Origin: Candidatus Scalinduaceae bacterium
Lineage (GTDB): Bacteria > Planctomycetota > Brocadiia > Brocadiales > Scalinduaceae
NCBI GenBank assembly: GCA_046759445.1
Contig: JBHICG010000005.1
Coordinates: 1 to 64,000 of the forward strand
Length of the DNA: 64,000 bases
Direction: 5' to 3'
Position numbers and translations under genes: made by a program. A model generated the notes under the pieces. That model searched no databases, was not told the DNA's origin, and worked only from the letters and a program-made list of their open reading frames with translations. Shown in pieces: positions 1 to 12,459 of the stretch. Numbering within the stretch: the stretch's first letter is position 1; each line of letters starts with the position of its first letter.

Positions 1-2848
<2,848 letters not shown>

Positions 2849-2880
2849 CCTTATTTAATATTCAATTATTGATAAAATTT

Positions 2881-2992
2881 CTCCGGTGGCCACAGTAGAA
2901 ATAAAAAACCCGTACCCATTCCGAACACGGTAGTTAATGCCTCTACGCCTATGGTACTATCCAAAAGATGGGAGAGTAGGTACTGCCGGGGA
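2881..2992 (+). rRNA. rrf: 5S rRNA
   Basis: CCCATTCCGAACAC and GGGAGAGTAGG motifs; terminal helix CTCCGGTGG / CTGCCGGGG; lies just downstream of 23S. Confidence 0.95.
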
Positions 2993-2999
2993 TATAAAT

Positions 3000-3033
3000 A
3001 AACCCGTCCCAAATTTTTTGGGGTGGGTTTTTT
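3000..3033 (+). terminator. Rho-independent terminator of the rRNA operon
   Basis: AAACCCGTCCCAA-TTTT-TTGGGGTGGGTTTTTT hairpin plus U-tract. Confidence 0.85.
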
Positions 3034-3562
3034 AATTGACAAAAAAATTAAATGACTATTGAGATAGCTAAGATAATAAGTTAATTGTATATAAATAAAG
3101 AATGTTGATACGGTATGTGTAAGATTTGGTTGTAGATCTATTATCACGATTTTTGCATTTTATAAGTGAGTTAACTAATATAACAATAGAAGGTTGTATT
3201 CTTAATTAAATCTTTAAAATAATATGAAGAAAAAATGTCGGATTCATTTTTGTAAGATAGTTACCATAGAAGCAATGGACTCTTTAATGTGTTAGAGTAT
3301 GGTAAATATGTAACAAGCCGTAAATATTTAAGTGGTTTGTTAACCGAAAATATATTATAAACAACATTTAATCCTTTTTCTGTATTTTAGTATTATAAAG
3401 GGTTAAATTTGCTGCAATTGGGGTGAGAGGTGGTTAAATCTACTGAATGGGTTGTAAAAAAACTACAAGTTACTTCTTTCTTTTTGCAAAAAAGCTAGAA
3501 TGCCTATGCTATGGGTATGGGTTTTTATTTAAATAATATCATTCATTTAACAGTTTTTTTAA

Positions 3563-4003
3563 GTGAACGAAAACGAGAAAAATTTTAGGGACTATATTCA
3601 AGCAAAAGGGTTGAAGTTCACTAATGAAAGGAAAGCTATCCTGAATCACATTTTTAAAAATAAGGGGCATTTTGAAGCAGAAGAATTGTTGATTGATATG
3701 CGAAAAAACAAAAAGAGGGTTTCAAAGGCGACAATATATAGAACCCTTGCGTTGTTAGTAAAGTGTGGTTTGCTCAGAGAAGTAATTTTTGGGGAAAAGC
3801 ATGCGCATTATGAACATGTTTATGGTCATGAGCACCATGAACATTTAGTTTGTGTTAAATGTGGTAAAATTATAGAGTTTTGTGATAAAAGAATTGAAAA
3901 ATTCCAAGATGAAGTGTGCAAGAAAAATAAGTTTAGGGCGGAATCACATAGATTCCAAATCACTGGTTATTGTGAGAATTGTGTGGAGGAACGATGTATT
4001 TAA
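3563..4003 (+). CDS. fur: Fur family transcriptional regulator
   Basis: VSKATIYRTL helix, HHEHLVCxxCG motif and C-terminal CxxC. Confidence 0.9.
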   Translation: MNENEKNFRDYIQAKGLKFTNERKAILNHIFKNKGHFEAEELLIDMRKNKKRVSKATIYRTLALLVKCGLLREVIFGEKHAHYEHVYGHEHHEHLVCVKCGKIIEFCDKRIEKFQDEVCKKNKFRAESHRFQITGYCENCVEERCI

Positions 4004-4018
4004 GGGAAGGAGATTGTA

Positions 4019-4249
4019 ATGTCGCGTCGTTGTGAGATTTGTGGCAAAGGAACTACTGTAGGTTATCAAATTAAGCGTAGGGGTTTAGCAAAGCGAAAGG
4101 GAGGGGTAGGCCGCAAGATAACTGGTCGAACAAAAAGGAAATTTAAAGCTAATATACAAACTTTAAGAGCAAATTTAGATGGTAGTATTAGGAAGATGAA
4201 GGTTTGTACAAGATGTATGAATTCTGGTAAAGTCATTAAAGTTATATAA
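4019..4249 (+). CDS. rpmB: 50S ribosomal protein L28 (Zn-binding type)
   Basis: MSRRCEICGK...TKRKFKANIQ...KVCTRC. Confidence 0.95.
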   Translation: MSRRCEICGKGTTVGYQIKRRGLAKRKGGVGRKITGRTKRKFKANIQTLRANLDGSIRKMKVCTRCMNSGKVIKVI

Positions 4250-4293
4250 AATAGGTGAATTGAGAAATTGCAAAATGTTTTGCTGAATAAAAA

Positions 4294-4581
4294 ATGGATA
4301 TTGGTTTAAAAGAAATAGAGTCTATAGCCAATCTTTCTAGAATAGTGCTAACAGACGTAGAGAAAATGAAATTTAATAAACAGTTAACCAATATTTTAGA
4401 TTATATTGAAAAGCTGAATGAATTAGATACAGATGAAGTTCAGCCAATGGCATACGCAACATCCCTAAAAAACGTTTTTAGAGAAGATGAGTTAAAATCT
4501 TCTTTCTCACGCCAAGAAATGTTAGAACTTTCCCCTTCCAGCACCAATGGGTTTTTTAAGGTGCCGAAGGTCATAGAATAA
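4294..4581 (+). CDS. gatC: Asp/Glu-tRNA amidotransferase subunit C
   Basis: IANLSRI...ILDYIEKLNELDT...NVFRED...FKVPKVIE; precedes gatA. Confidence 0.95.
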   Translation: MDIGLKEIESIANLSRIVLTDVEKMKFNKQLTNILDYIEKLNELDTDEVQPMAYATSLKNVFREDELKSSFSRQEMLELSPSSTNGFFKVPKVIE

Positions 4582-4819
4582 AGTTTCTTATCTACAATTC
4601 GTTTTTTCCTGCAAAAAAATTCTTAACAAGTATTTCAATATTGGTCAATCTTAAAATTATGGATAGAGTGATGTTTTTAGAAACTTCTTTTAATTGATTG
4701 TTTTTGTTGGTTTAGTTATTGGATTTGAAATGAAATGTGAAAGTTTTTTTACAAAATGAACTCAAAAGAACATGTGATGATTTTGTTGTCAGATTGGGTA
4801 ACATTTTGGAGTACTTACT

Positions 4820-6286
4820 TTGTTATTGCATGAATTAAGTGCAAATAAAATTAAAGAAAAGGTAATTAAGCGGGAGATTACTGCGCAAGATGTAGTTGAA
4901 GAGCTTTTTGAATGGATAAACCTCAAAGAACCTTTAATTAAGGCTTATCTTTGTTTAGACAAAGATGGTGCTTTGTTAAAGGCAAAAGAGATTGATAAAA
5001 GGCTTGGTAATGGAGGGAAAGTTGGCTTGTTAGCAGGTATCCCTGTTGCTATAAAAGATAATATATGCGCAACAGGAATGAAAACAACTTGTGCATCGAA
5101 AATATTGAAAAACTTCATACCGCCTTATGACGCTTTTGTAGTTAAGAGGATTAAAGAGGAAGATGCCATAATAATTGGGAAGACTAATTTGGATGAATTT
5201 GCTATGGGTTCTTCAACAGAAAATTCGGCATTTTATATTACTCGGAATCCTTGGGACACCAATCGTATTCCTGGAGGATCAAGTGGCGGCTCGGCAGCGG
5301 TAGTGGCAGCAGATATGGCTTTTATGGCCTTAGGTTCAGATACTGGTGGTTCAGTACGACAACCAGCTTCTTTTTGTGGAAATGTTGGTTTTAGACCAAC
5401 ATACGGGAGGGTGTCTCGTTATGGATTAGTTGCTTTTGCTTCCTCTTTAGACCAGATTGGTCCTGTTACGAAAGACGTTCTTGATGCTGCATTATTGTTG
5501 CAAGTTATCTCTGGTCATGATAATTATGACTCGACGTGTGCCACATTAAAAGTTCCTGATTTTGTAACAGATATTAATCACTTGGATGAGGGGCTGAAAA
5601 TTGGAGTACCAAAGGAATTTTTCGGTAAAGGTTTAAACACAGAAATCAGGAATGCAATAGTGGATGCATTAAAAATATACGAAGGTAAGGGTGCAAAATT
5701 AGTTGATATATCTCTTCCGCATAGTGAATACGCAGTTGCTGCTTATTATATCATTGCAACTGCAGAAGCTAGCTCTAACTTGGCAAGATATGATGGCGTT
5801 CGGTATGGATATAGAAGTCAATTAAGTGACGATAATATAATTGACATGTATAGTAGAACACGTGCGGAAGGGTTTGGAAGTGAGGTAAAAAGACGTATTT
5901 TGTTAGGTAATTATGCACTAAGTACTGGTTATTATGAGGCGTATTATTTGAAAGCCTCAAAAGTCAGAAATCTAATTAGAGAAGATCTTGAAGATGCTTT
6001 TGAGAAAGTGGATTGCATAATTTGTCCTACAAGCCCAACACCGGCATTTAATATAGGTGAAAAGACAACAGATCCACTTCAAATGTATTTGACCGATATT
6101 TATACCACACCTTCTAGTCTTGCTGGAATTCCCGGTATCTCTATTCCTTGTGGTTTTACGAGTACTGGCTTACCCATTGGCATGCAAATTCTGGGTAATC
6201 ATTTTGACGAGGAGAAAATTTTAAAGGTGGCAAAATTATTCGAAAATGAAACAGATTTTCATTTAAAGAAACCTAAATTAAATTGA
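4820..6286 (+). CDS. gatA: Asp/Glu-tRNA amidotransferase subunit A
   Basis: Amidase signature GGSSGGSAA, GSDTGGSVRQPA, SSNLARYDGVRYG; TTG start. Confidence 0.97.
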   Translation: MLLHELSANKIKEKVIKREITAQDVVEELFEWINLKEPLIKAYLCLDKDGALLKAKEIDKRLGNGGKVGLLAGIPVAIKDNICATGMKTTCASKILKNFIPPYDAFVVKRIKEEDAIIIGKTNLDEFAMGSSTENSAFYITRNPWDTNRIPGGSSGGSAAVVAADMAFMALGSDTGGSVRQPASFCGNVGFRPTYGRVSRYGLVAFASSLDQIGPVTKDVLDAALLLQVISGHDNYDSTCATLKVPDFVTDINHLDEGLKIGVPKEFFGKGLNTEIRNAIVDALKIYEGKGAKLVDISLPHSEYAVAAYYIIATAEASSNLARYDGVRYGYRSQLSDDNIIDMYSRTRAEGFGSEVKRRILLGNYALSTGYYEAYYLKASKVRNLIREDLEDAFEKVDCIICPTSPTPAFNIGEKTTDPLQMYLTDIYTTPSSLAGIPGISIPCGFTSTGLPIGMQILGNHFDEEKILKVAKLFENETDFHLKKPKLN

Positions 6287-6298
6287 TAGGATTAGCTG

Positions 6299-7741
6299 GT
6301 GAAATATGAAGTTGTAATGGGATTGGAGACTCATGCAGAACTAGATACTGATTCTAAACTCTTTTGTGGGTGTAGTACTAAATTTGGTTCTGAACCTAAT
6401 ACTCAGACATGTCCTATATGTTTGGGTATGCCAGGAGTTTTACCAGTGATGAATAAAAAGGCGTTTGAATATTCATTAAAGGCTGCTCTTGCGTTGAATT
6501 GTGATATAAGTAAATTTACTAATTTTGATAGAAAGAGTTATTATTATCCTGATTTGCCTAAAAACTATCAAATTTCACAAAACTATTTTAATCTTGGTAA
6601 TAATGGTTATGTAGATATAATTGTTAAAGGAGAAAAAAAGAGACTCGGCATACATAACGTTCATTTAGAGGAGGAAGCTGGCAAGCTTATACATCCTGAA
6701 AAGTCTGATGCTGATTATAGCTTGGTTGACTTTAACAGGGCGGGTATACCTTTATTAGAAATAGTAACCGAACCTGACATGAGAAGTGTTGAAGAAGTAG
6801 AAAGTTATATGCAAACACTTAGAAACATATTACTTTATATAGGTGTGTCGGATTGTAAGATGCAGGAAGGTTCTTTAAGATTCGAAGCAAGCATATCTTT
6901 ACGTAGAAAAGGATATGATGTTTATGGTAATAGAGTAGAAATAAAGAATCTTAACTCTATGAAAGCTGTTTTGAAGGTACTTGCATATGAAATATCAAGG
7001 CAAAGTGACTTGCTTGATAAGGGCAAGGAAGTATTAATGGAGACGAGGTTGTGGGATGAGGTTGATGCTGTAAGTAGACGAATGCGTACAAAAGAAGAAG
7101 CCCATGACTATAGGTATTTTCCAGAACCTGATTTGGTTCCTGTATGGATTGATCAGAAATGGATTGACAAGGTTAAAGCAACTATTCCAGAACTTTCTGT
7201 CAACAAACGTCAAAGATTTGTAAATGAATATTCTATTTCTGATTATGATGCAGGTGTTCTAACGGAAGATAGATCTTTTGCAGATTATTTTGAGGAATGT
7301 GTAAAATTATCTCAGAATTCTCCAAAAGAGTTGAGTAACTGGATTATTAATGATGTACTTCGAGAACTAAATGAACGAAAAACAAATGTGCAGGATTTTG
7401 TTGTTTCACCAAAGATGCTGGTTGAATTAGTTAAGATCAAGCCAACTATTGGAAGTTCAATCGCTAAAGACGTCTTTGTTGAAATGATAAATACAGGAAA
7501 AACCGCTCCATCTATAGTTAAGGAGAAAAATTTAACACAGTTGGACGATGTAAGTGAACTTAATGATATTGTAACAAAAGTTATAGAAGAGAACCCTAAA
7601 GCGGCAGAAGATTACAGCCAGGGGAAAAAAGGTGCTTTGACCTTCTTGATTGGTCAAACTATGAAAATTACTAAAGGCAAAGCGAACCCCAAAATTTTAA
7701 CAGAGATTCTTAAGGAAAGATTATCTGCCGGCTCAAAGTAA
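6299..7741 (+). CDS. gatB: Asp/Glu-tRNA amidotransferase subunit B
   Basis: GLETHAEL, YPDLPKNYQISQ, DYRYFPEPDL. Confidence 0.97.
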   Translation: MKYEVVMGLETHAELDTDSKLFCGCSTKFGSEPNTQTCPICLGMPGVLPVMNKKAFEYSLKAALALNCDISKFTNFDRKSYYYPDLPKNYQISQNYFNLGNNGYVDIIVKGEKKRLGIHNVHLEEEAGKLIHPEKSDADYSLVDFNRAGIPLLEIVTEPDMRSVEEVESYMQTLRNILLYIGVSDCKMQEGSLRFEASISLRRKGYDVYGNRVEIKNLNSMKAVLKVLAYEISRQSDLLDKGKEVLMETRLWDEVDAVSRRMRTKEEAHDYRYFPEPDLVPVWIDQKWIDKVKATIPELSVNKRQRFVNEYSISDYDAGVLTEDRSFADYFEECVKLSQNSPKELSNWIINDVLRELNERKTNVQDFVVSPKMLVELVKIKPTIGSSIAKDVFVEMINTGKTAPSIVKEKNLTQLDDVSELNDIVTKVIEENPKAAEDYSQGKKGALTFLIGQTMKITKGKANPKILTEILKERLSAGSK

Positions 7742-7751
7742 ACCCTATATA

Positions 7752-7943
7752 CTATACGTCTTTTGCTTGAATGGTTTTTCTGTTATTGCCTTGTGCTCTA
7801 TTTATTGCTTTATCAATGGTATCATAAACTGAATTACTTAACTCACCAATGAATTCTCCTGATGTATTACAATTATTACTTTTTATATATTCTTTAATTT
7901 TGCTAGCAACAACAAGTATTTCTCTTTCCTTCTTTTTCGCCAT
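7752..7943 (-). CDS. Bacterial histone-fold protein (Bd0055/HBb-like), 63 aa
   Basis: ILVVASKIKEYIK...NTSGE...RAQGNNRKTIQAKDV; ATG at 7943 preceded by AAGGAG RBS (7951-7956). Confidence 0.85.
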   Translation of the reverse strand: MAKKKEREILVVASKIKEYIKSNNCNTSGEFIGELSNSVYDTIDKAINRAQGNNRKTIQAKDV

Positions 7944-8068
7944 TTCTTCCCTCCTTAGATATATGTTGATTTGCTGAATGTGTAAAATGTACAAGGTTTA
8001 TATCAAAAAAACTAAAGAAGTCAAGAGTTTTTCTTACAGAATATTGATAAAAAGATTGTTGTGATATT

Positions 8069-9199
8069 ATGGATATTCGGGACAAAATATTGTCTAAAGT
8101 TAACAAAATTGTGGTAAAGATTGGGACACGTGTGCTTACAAATGAAGATGGATTTTTAGATATAAATCAAATTATGGAGTTGTCAAGGCAGATTATTCGG
8201 CTTCGTTCTAAGGGTTATAGCGTAGTAGTTGTGAGTTCTGGTGCAGTTGGGGCTGGGATTAAGACTTTGGGTTGGGATAAAAGGCCTAATATTCTTCCAG
8301 TTCTGCAGGCAGCAGCAGCAGTTGGACAGGGGAAGTTAATAGAGATTTACAATGGATGTTTTAAAAAGCAGGGATACCATGCAGCACAATTACTGCTGAC
8401 AAGACAGGATTTTGAAGATCGGCAGAGATATTTAAATACATGTAACACATTACACTCACTGTTAAATCTTAAAACTGTTCCTATTATTAACGAGAATGAT
8501 ACTATATCGGTGGAGGAAATTGCATTTGGAGATAACGATATTTTATCTGCATTAGTTACAAACCTGTTACGAGCTGAATTATTGATACTTTTGTCTTCTA
8601 TAGATGGGTTATATAAAACACCTCCAACTTCTGGCAAACAGTCTAATATTTTGCCCACTGTGGATATAATTTCAGATGATATTAAAAAGCTTGCATTTAA
8701 AATAAAGACAAAGGAAGGTATTGGAGGTATGGAGAGTAAACTTGAAGCGGCTAGCATTGCTACTAGTTCGGGGGAAGCAGTAATAATTGCTAACGGAAGA
8801 CAATCGGATGTTTTATTAAAAATAATGGACTTTGATAATGTAGGTACATTGTTTATTCCTCACAAGAAGAAGGTTACCAGTCGTAAAAGATGGATAGGAT
8901 TTAGTGTGAGATCAAACGGAATAATTTACATAGATGATGGTGCATTGGTAGCTTTACAAAAGAAAGGTAAAAGTTTATTACCTTCTGGTGTTGTACGTGT
9001 TGATGGTAATTTTATCAAGGGAGACGTTGTTTCAGTAGTGAATGTTAATAGAAACAAAGAAATAGCAAAAGGGCTTGTAAATTATTCGGTAGAAGAAGTG
9101 CAAAAAATTAAAGGTCTTCGAACTTCGTTAATAAGAAAAACTCTGGGTTCTAAACCTTATGATGAGATAATACATCGAGATAATCTGTTTTTGTTGTAA
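8069..9199 (+). CDS. proB: Glutamate 5-kinase with PUA domain
   Basis: VVKIGT, VSSGAV, PIINENDT, FGDNDILSA, GKSLLPSG. Confidence 0.96.
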   Translation: MDIRDKILSKVNKIVVKIGTRVLTNEDGFLDINQIMELSRQIIRLRSKGYSVVVVSSGAVGAGIKTLGWDKRPNILPVLQAAAAVGQGKLIEIYNGCFKKQGYHAAQLLLTRQDFEDRQRYLNTCNTLHSLLNLKTVPIINENDTISVEEIAFGDNDILSALVTNLLRAELLILLSSIDGLYKTPPTSGKQSNILPTVDIISDDIKKLAFKIKTKEGIGGMESKLEAASIATSSGEAVIIANGRQSDVLLKIMDFDNVGTLFIPHKKKVTSRKRWIGFSVRSNGIIYIDDGALVALQKKGKSLLPSGVVRVDGNFIKGDVVSVVNVNRNKEIAKGLVNYSVEEVQKIKGLRTSLIRKTLGSKPYDEIIHRDNLFLL

Positions 9200-9200
9200 C

Positions 9201-10145
9201 TTATTTAGTTTCTTTAATATATGTTGTTGTATTCCTTAGTTCCTTGTTCATTTCAATAATTGCTTCTTCTACTGCGCATTCCCAACGTTTGATTCCAAAT
9301 TTTCTCTTCCATGGAGAACGGTTGTAGGCATATATTATTCCTCTGGAAGAATTTACTATTGCGCCATGGCCATCATGATTAAAACACCTTGCAATATCTT
9401 TTAAACGGCCCTCTTGTGCGCCATAACCTGGAACAAGGAAGTATGATTTTGGCATAATATTTCTGAGATTACTAACAATATTTGAATTTGTTGATGCTAC
9501 TACGGCACCAATAGAACTATAACCTTTTTCCCCAATTTGGTCTTTTCCCCATTGATTTATTTGATTTGCAACTATTTGGTATATTGTTTTGTTTTTACAT
9601 TTTAAATCCTGGATTTCTTTGGATGAAGGATTAGAAGTTTTTACCAAAATGAATACACCCTTACCATATTTTTTGGCTAATTTAATGAAAGGCAGTACAC
9701 TGTCAGACCCCATATAGGGATTAACAGTAACGGCATCTACTTCAAAGGAGCCTTCATCAGGTTTATTGGTTCCAAGATGCGCAATAGCATAAGCCATTGA
9801 CGTATGAGGAACATCTCCTCTTTTAACATCTCCAATAACTATCAACCCTTTTTTTTTAGCGTATTTTATTGTATCAGAATATGCCTTAATACCCCAAATT
9901 CCGAGTAATTCATAAAATGCAATTTGAATTTTAACAATTCCTATATGTGGTTGGATTATATTGATTATTTGCTTATTAAAATCAATTATTGCTTTGGCAG
10001 ATTTTTTTGCCTCACTTCCTTTTTTTTTAAAAGCCGCTTTTTTAATTTGATCAGGGACATATTCTAATTGTGGGTCGAGTCCAACAACCACACAACTGTC
10101 TTTTTTTTCAATCATCTTTGTTAGTAGATCTATAAATCTTTTCAT
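9201..10145 (-). CDS. pyrF: Orotidine-5'-phosphate decarboxylase (type 2)
   Basis: VGLDP, DVKRGD, VTVNPYMG, LVKTSNP, LVPGYGAQ, VNSSRGI. Confidence 0.94.
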   Translation of the reverse strand: MKRFIDLLTKMIEKKDSCVVVGLDPQLEYVPDQIKKAAFKKKGSEAKKSAKAIIDFNKQIINIIQPHIGIVKIQIAFYELLGIWGIKAYSDTIKYAKKKGLIVIGDVKRGDVPHTSMAYAIAHLGTNKPDEGSFEVDAVTVNPYMGSDSVLPFIKLAKKYGKGVFILVKTSNPSSKEIQDLKCKNKTIYQIVANQINQWGKDQIGEKGYSSIGAVVASTNSNIVSNLRNIMPKSYFLVPGYGAQEGRLKDIARCFNHDGHGAIVNSSRGIIYAYNRSPWKRKFGIKRWECAVEEAIIEMNKELRNTTTYIKETK

Positions 10146-10173
10146 AAAAGATTAATAATATAGATTCAACGCC

Positions 10174-10737
10174 TTAATAATTTAAAAAGTTCTTAATTAG
10201 CTTTGTTCCTTGCTCCGTTAAAAAAGATTCAGGGTGAAATTGTACACCCTCTAATGGTAATTTTTTGTGTCTTATGGCCATTATTTCATCTTTGTCAGCG
10301 AATGCTGAAATTTCAAAAATACTTAGTAGAGTTTCTTTATTTACAATAAGAGAGTGATAACGGGTGGCTTCAAATGGATTCGTTAAACCCTTGAAGACTG
10401 TTTTTTTGTCATGATATATCATAGATGTTTTGCCGTGCATTATTCTTCTAGCTCTTATAATTTCCGCACCGAAAGTATATGCGATGCATTGATGGCCCAA
10501 ACAAACACCAAGTATTGGAATTTTCCCTGCGAAAGTTTTGATTACAGAGTTAGATATACCACTTTCTTTTGGGGTACATGGTCCAGGTGAGATTATAATA
10601 TGACTTGGGTTTTTATTTTCGATCTCTGGGAGTGTTATCTTGTCATTTCTAGCTACTTCTATACTCGCACCAATAGCTCCGATTTGCTGTACAAGATTGT
10701 ATGTGAAAGAATCATAATTATCTATTATTAGTACCAT
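10174..10737 (-). CDS. trpG: Glutamine amidotransferase of anthranilate/aminodeoxychorismate synthase (TrpG/PabA)
   Basis: IDNYDSFTYN, ISPGP, GVCLGHQ, GVQFHPES. Confidence 0.9.
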   Translation of the reverse strand: MVLIIDNYDSFTYNLVQQIGAIGASIEVARNDKITLPEIENKNPSHIIISPGPCTPKESGISNSVIKTFAGKIPILGVCLGHQCIAYTFGAEIIRARRIMHGKTSMIYHDKKTVFKGLTNPFEATRYHSLIVNKETLLSIFEISAFADKDEIMAIRHKKLPLEGVQFHPESFLTEQGTKLIKNFLNY

Positions 10738-11015
10738 TTTAAAATTGTGTTTGTTTTATAATTATTTTACTCTTAATGAGAAATGTTTTCAGGTATTAAA
10801 ATTAAAGTAAACTTTGGCAGAATCAGTATATAAACATTAATTACTATTTAGTAAGTTCTCAGTCTTACTGATACAGGAACAATACATCATAACTTATAAA
10901 AAATTCCTTTTTTTACAAAAAAAGTCTATCAGAAAAAAACCTTTTGTCAAACGTTTATATTAATTAAAACCATTTATAGAAGCTACTTAGAGAAATAGGG
11001 ATGTCAAAAATGCGC

Positions 11016-11043
11016 TTGACAAAAAAAAATTTTCTGTTAGTAT
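11016..11043 (+). promoter_or_regulatory. Putative sigma70 promoter of the nusA-infB operon
   Basis: TTGACA, 16-nt spacer, extended -10 TGtTAGTAT. Confidence 0.55.
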
Positions 11044-11283
11044 CAAAAACGTTACTGTTAGGGAAAGTATAGGAATTTTATTCATTATTTGATCAGTTTT
11101 TTAGAAGTAAGATTGTGAACAATTTGAATAATATGCAAGGTTTTTTTGAGTTTGGCAAATATATTCCTCTCTTATTTGTATTTAATTATTTAAACATTGG
11201 GGTTAACTGCGAGTCAATGATAGAGTTTAATTAAAGCAAGTACGAAGTATATCAGGATTGTGTGTGCGTTGTCTGACTATGAT

Positions 11284-11318
11284 AAAAAAGAGTGGGATAT
11301 TACCCACTTTTTTTATTT
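11284..11318 (+). promoter_or_regulatory. Leader hairpin/attenuator upstream of nusA (rimP-leader-like)
   Basis: AAAAAAGAGTGGG-ATATTA-CCCACTTTTTTT immediately upstream of the nusA RBS. Confidence 0.65.
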
Positions 11319-11343
11319 AAGGATATGTTAGGAAGGTTTTTAA

Positions 11344-12417
11344 ATGGATAAAGAAAGCTTGCTACGTTTAGTTGAGATGCTACATAAAGATAAAGACATT
11401 GACAAGGATCTTGTGTTCCAAGGTATTGAATCGGCACTAGAATCTGCCACAAGAAAACATTTAAGAACTAGTGAACCAATTTCAATAAAAGTTGACAGAG
11501 TAAGCGGAGAGATTATAGCAATGCAGGGAGAACATGAAATCGATCTTTCTCATTTGGGAAGAATAACTGCTCAAGCAGCCAAACAGGTTATAATTCAGAA
11601 AATTAGGGAAGCGGAAATAAATGCTATTTTTGATGAATATGTAGGTAGAAAAGATACAATTGTTAGTGGAATCGTGCAACGTTTTGAAGGTTCGACCATG
11701 ATAGTGGATCTTCGAAAAGCTGAAGGTTATCTTCCAAAGTTAGAGCAAATCAGCAACGAATACTATCATCTTGGGGAAAGGATTAGATGCCTTGTAGCTG
11801 AGGTAAAAAAAATAGGCCATAAAGTAAAAATTATACTCACAAGATCTCATCCTTGTTTTGTAAGACAGTTGTTCGAGTTAGAAGTACCTGAGATACCAGA
11901 GAAAATTGTTGAAATTAAAGGGTTAGTAAGAGAAGCAGGTTATAGGACAAAGATTGCTGTATATTCAGAAGATTCTAATGTTGATTGTGTAGGTGCATGT
12001 GTAGGAGTGAGAGGAACAAGAATCAAAAATATTGTTGATGAGTTGAACGGCGAGAAAATAGATATTATTCGTTGGGATAATGAGCCAGAGGTTTTAATTC
12101 CTAATACCCTTAAACCTGCTGAGGTTACAGGAATTTTGCTGTCACCAGAAAACCAAGTTGCCACTGTGGTGGTTCCAAATGATCAGCTTTCATTGGCTAT
12201 AGGGAAAAGAGGTCAGAACGTAAGACTTGCATCTAAGTTGGCAGGTTGGGACATTGATATAATAACGGAAGGGGAGCTAGAGCAAGAACGGGAAAGAGAG
12301 GAAGCTGAAAAACTAGTGGGGGAAGAAACTGAAGAAGCTAAAGAAGCTGAAGAAACTGAAGAAGTAATGTTAAATAAAGATACTGACGATAAAAAAAATA
12401 ATGAAAATATGAATTAA
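11344..12417 (+). CDS. nusA: Transcription termination/antitermination factor NusA
   Basis: GRITAQAAKQVIIQ, REAGYRTKIAV, VGACVG, LSLAIGKRGQNVRLAS. Confidence 0.97.
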   Translation: MDKESLLRLVEMLHKDKDIDKDLVFQGIESALESATRKHLRTSEPISIKVDRVSGEIIAMQGEHEIDLSHLGRITAQAAKQVIIQKIREAEINAIFDEYVGRKDTIVSGIVQRFEGSTMIVDLRKAEGYLPKLEQISNEYYHLGERIRCLVAEVKKIGHKVKIILTRSHPCFVRQLFELEVPEIPEKIVEIKGLVREAGYRTKIAVYSEDSNVDCVGACVGVRGTRIKNIVDELNGEKIDIIRWDNEPEVLIPNTLKPAEVTGILLSPENQVATVVVPNDQLSLAIGKRGQNVRLASKLAGWDIDIITEGELEQEREREEAEKLVGEETEEAKEAEETEEVMLNKDTDDKKNNENMN

Positions 12418-12459
12418 ACACAAAATAAAAAGGTTCTGACAAAGGAGTTTTTAGTAGTT

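Noticed and set aside
3528..3550. Possible Fur box upstream of fur (AATAATATCATTCATTT)
   Set aside because: Only a partial match in very AT-rich DNA; not distinguishable from chance.
12322..12366. 9-bp tandem GAAGAAACT/GAAGAAGCT repeats in nusA
   Set aside because: Low-complexity coding of an acidic tail; not an independent element.
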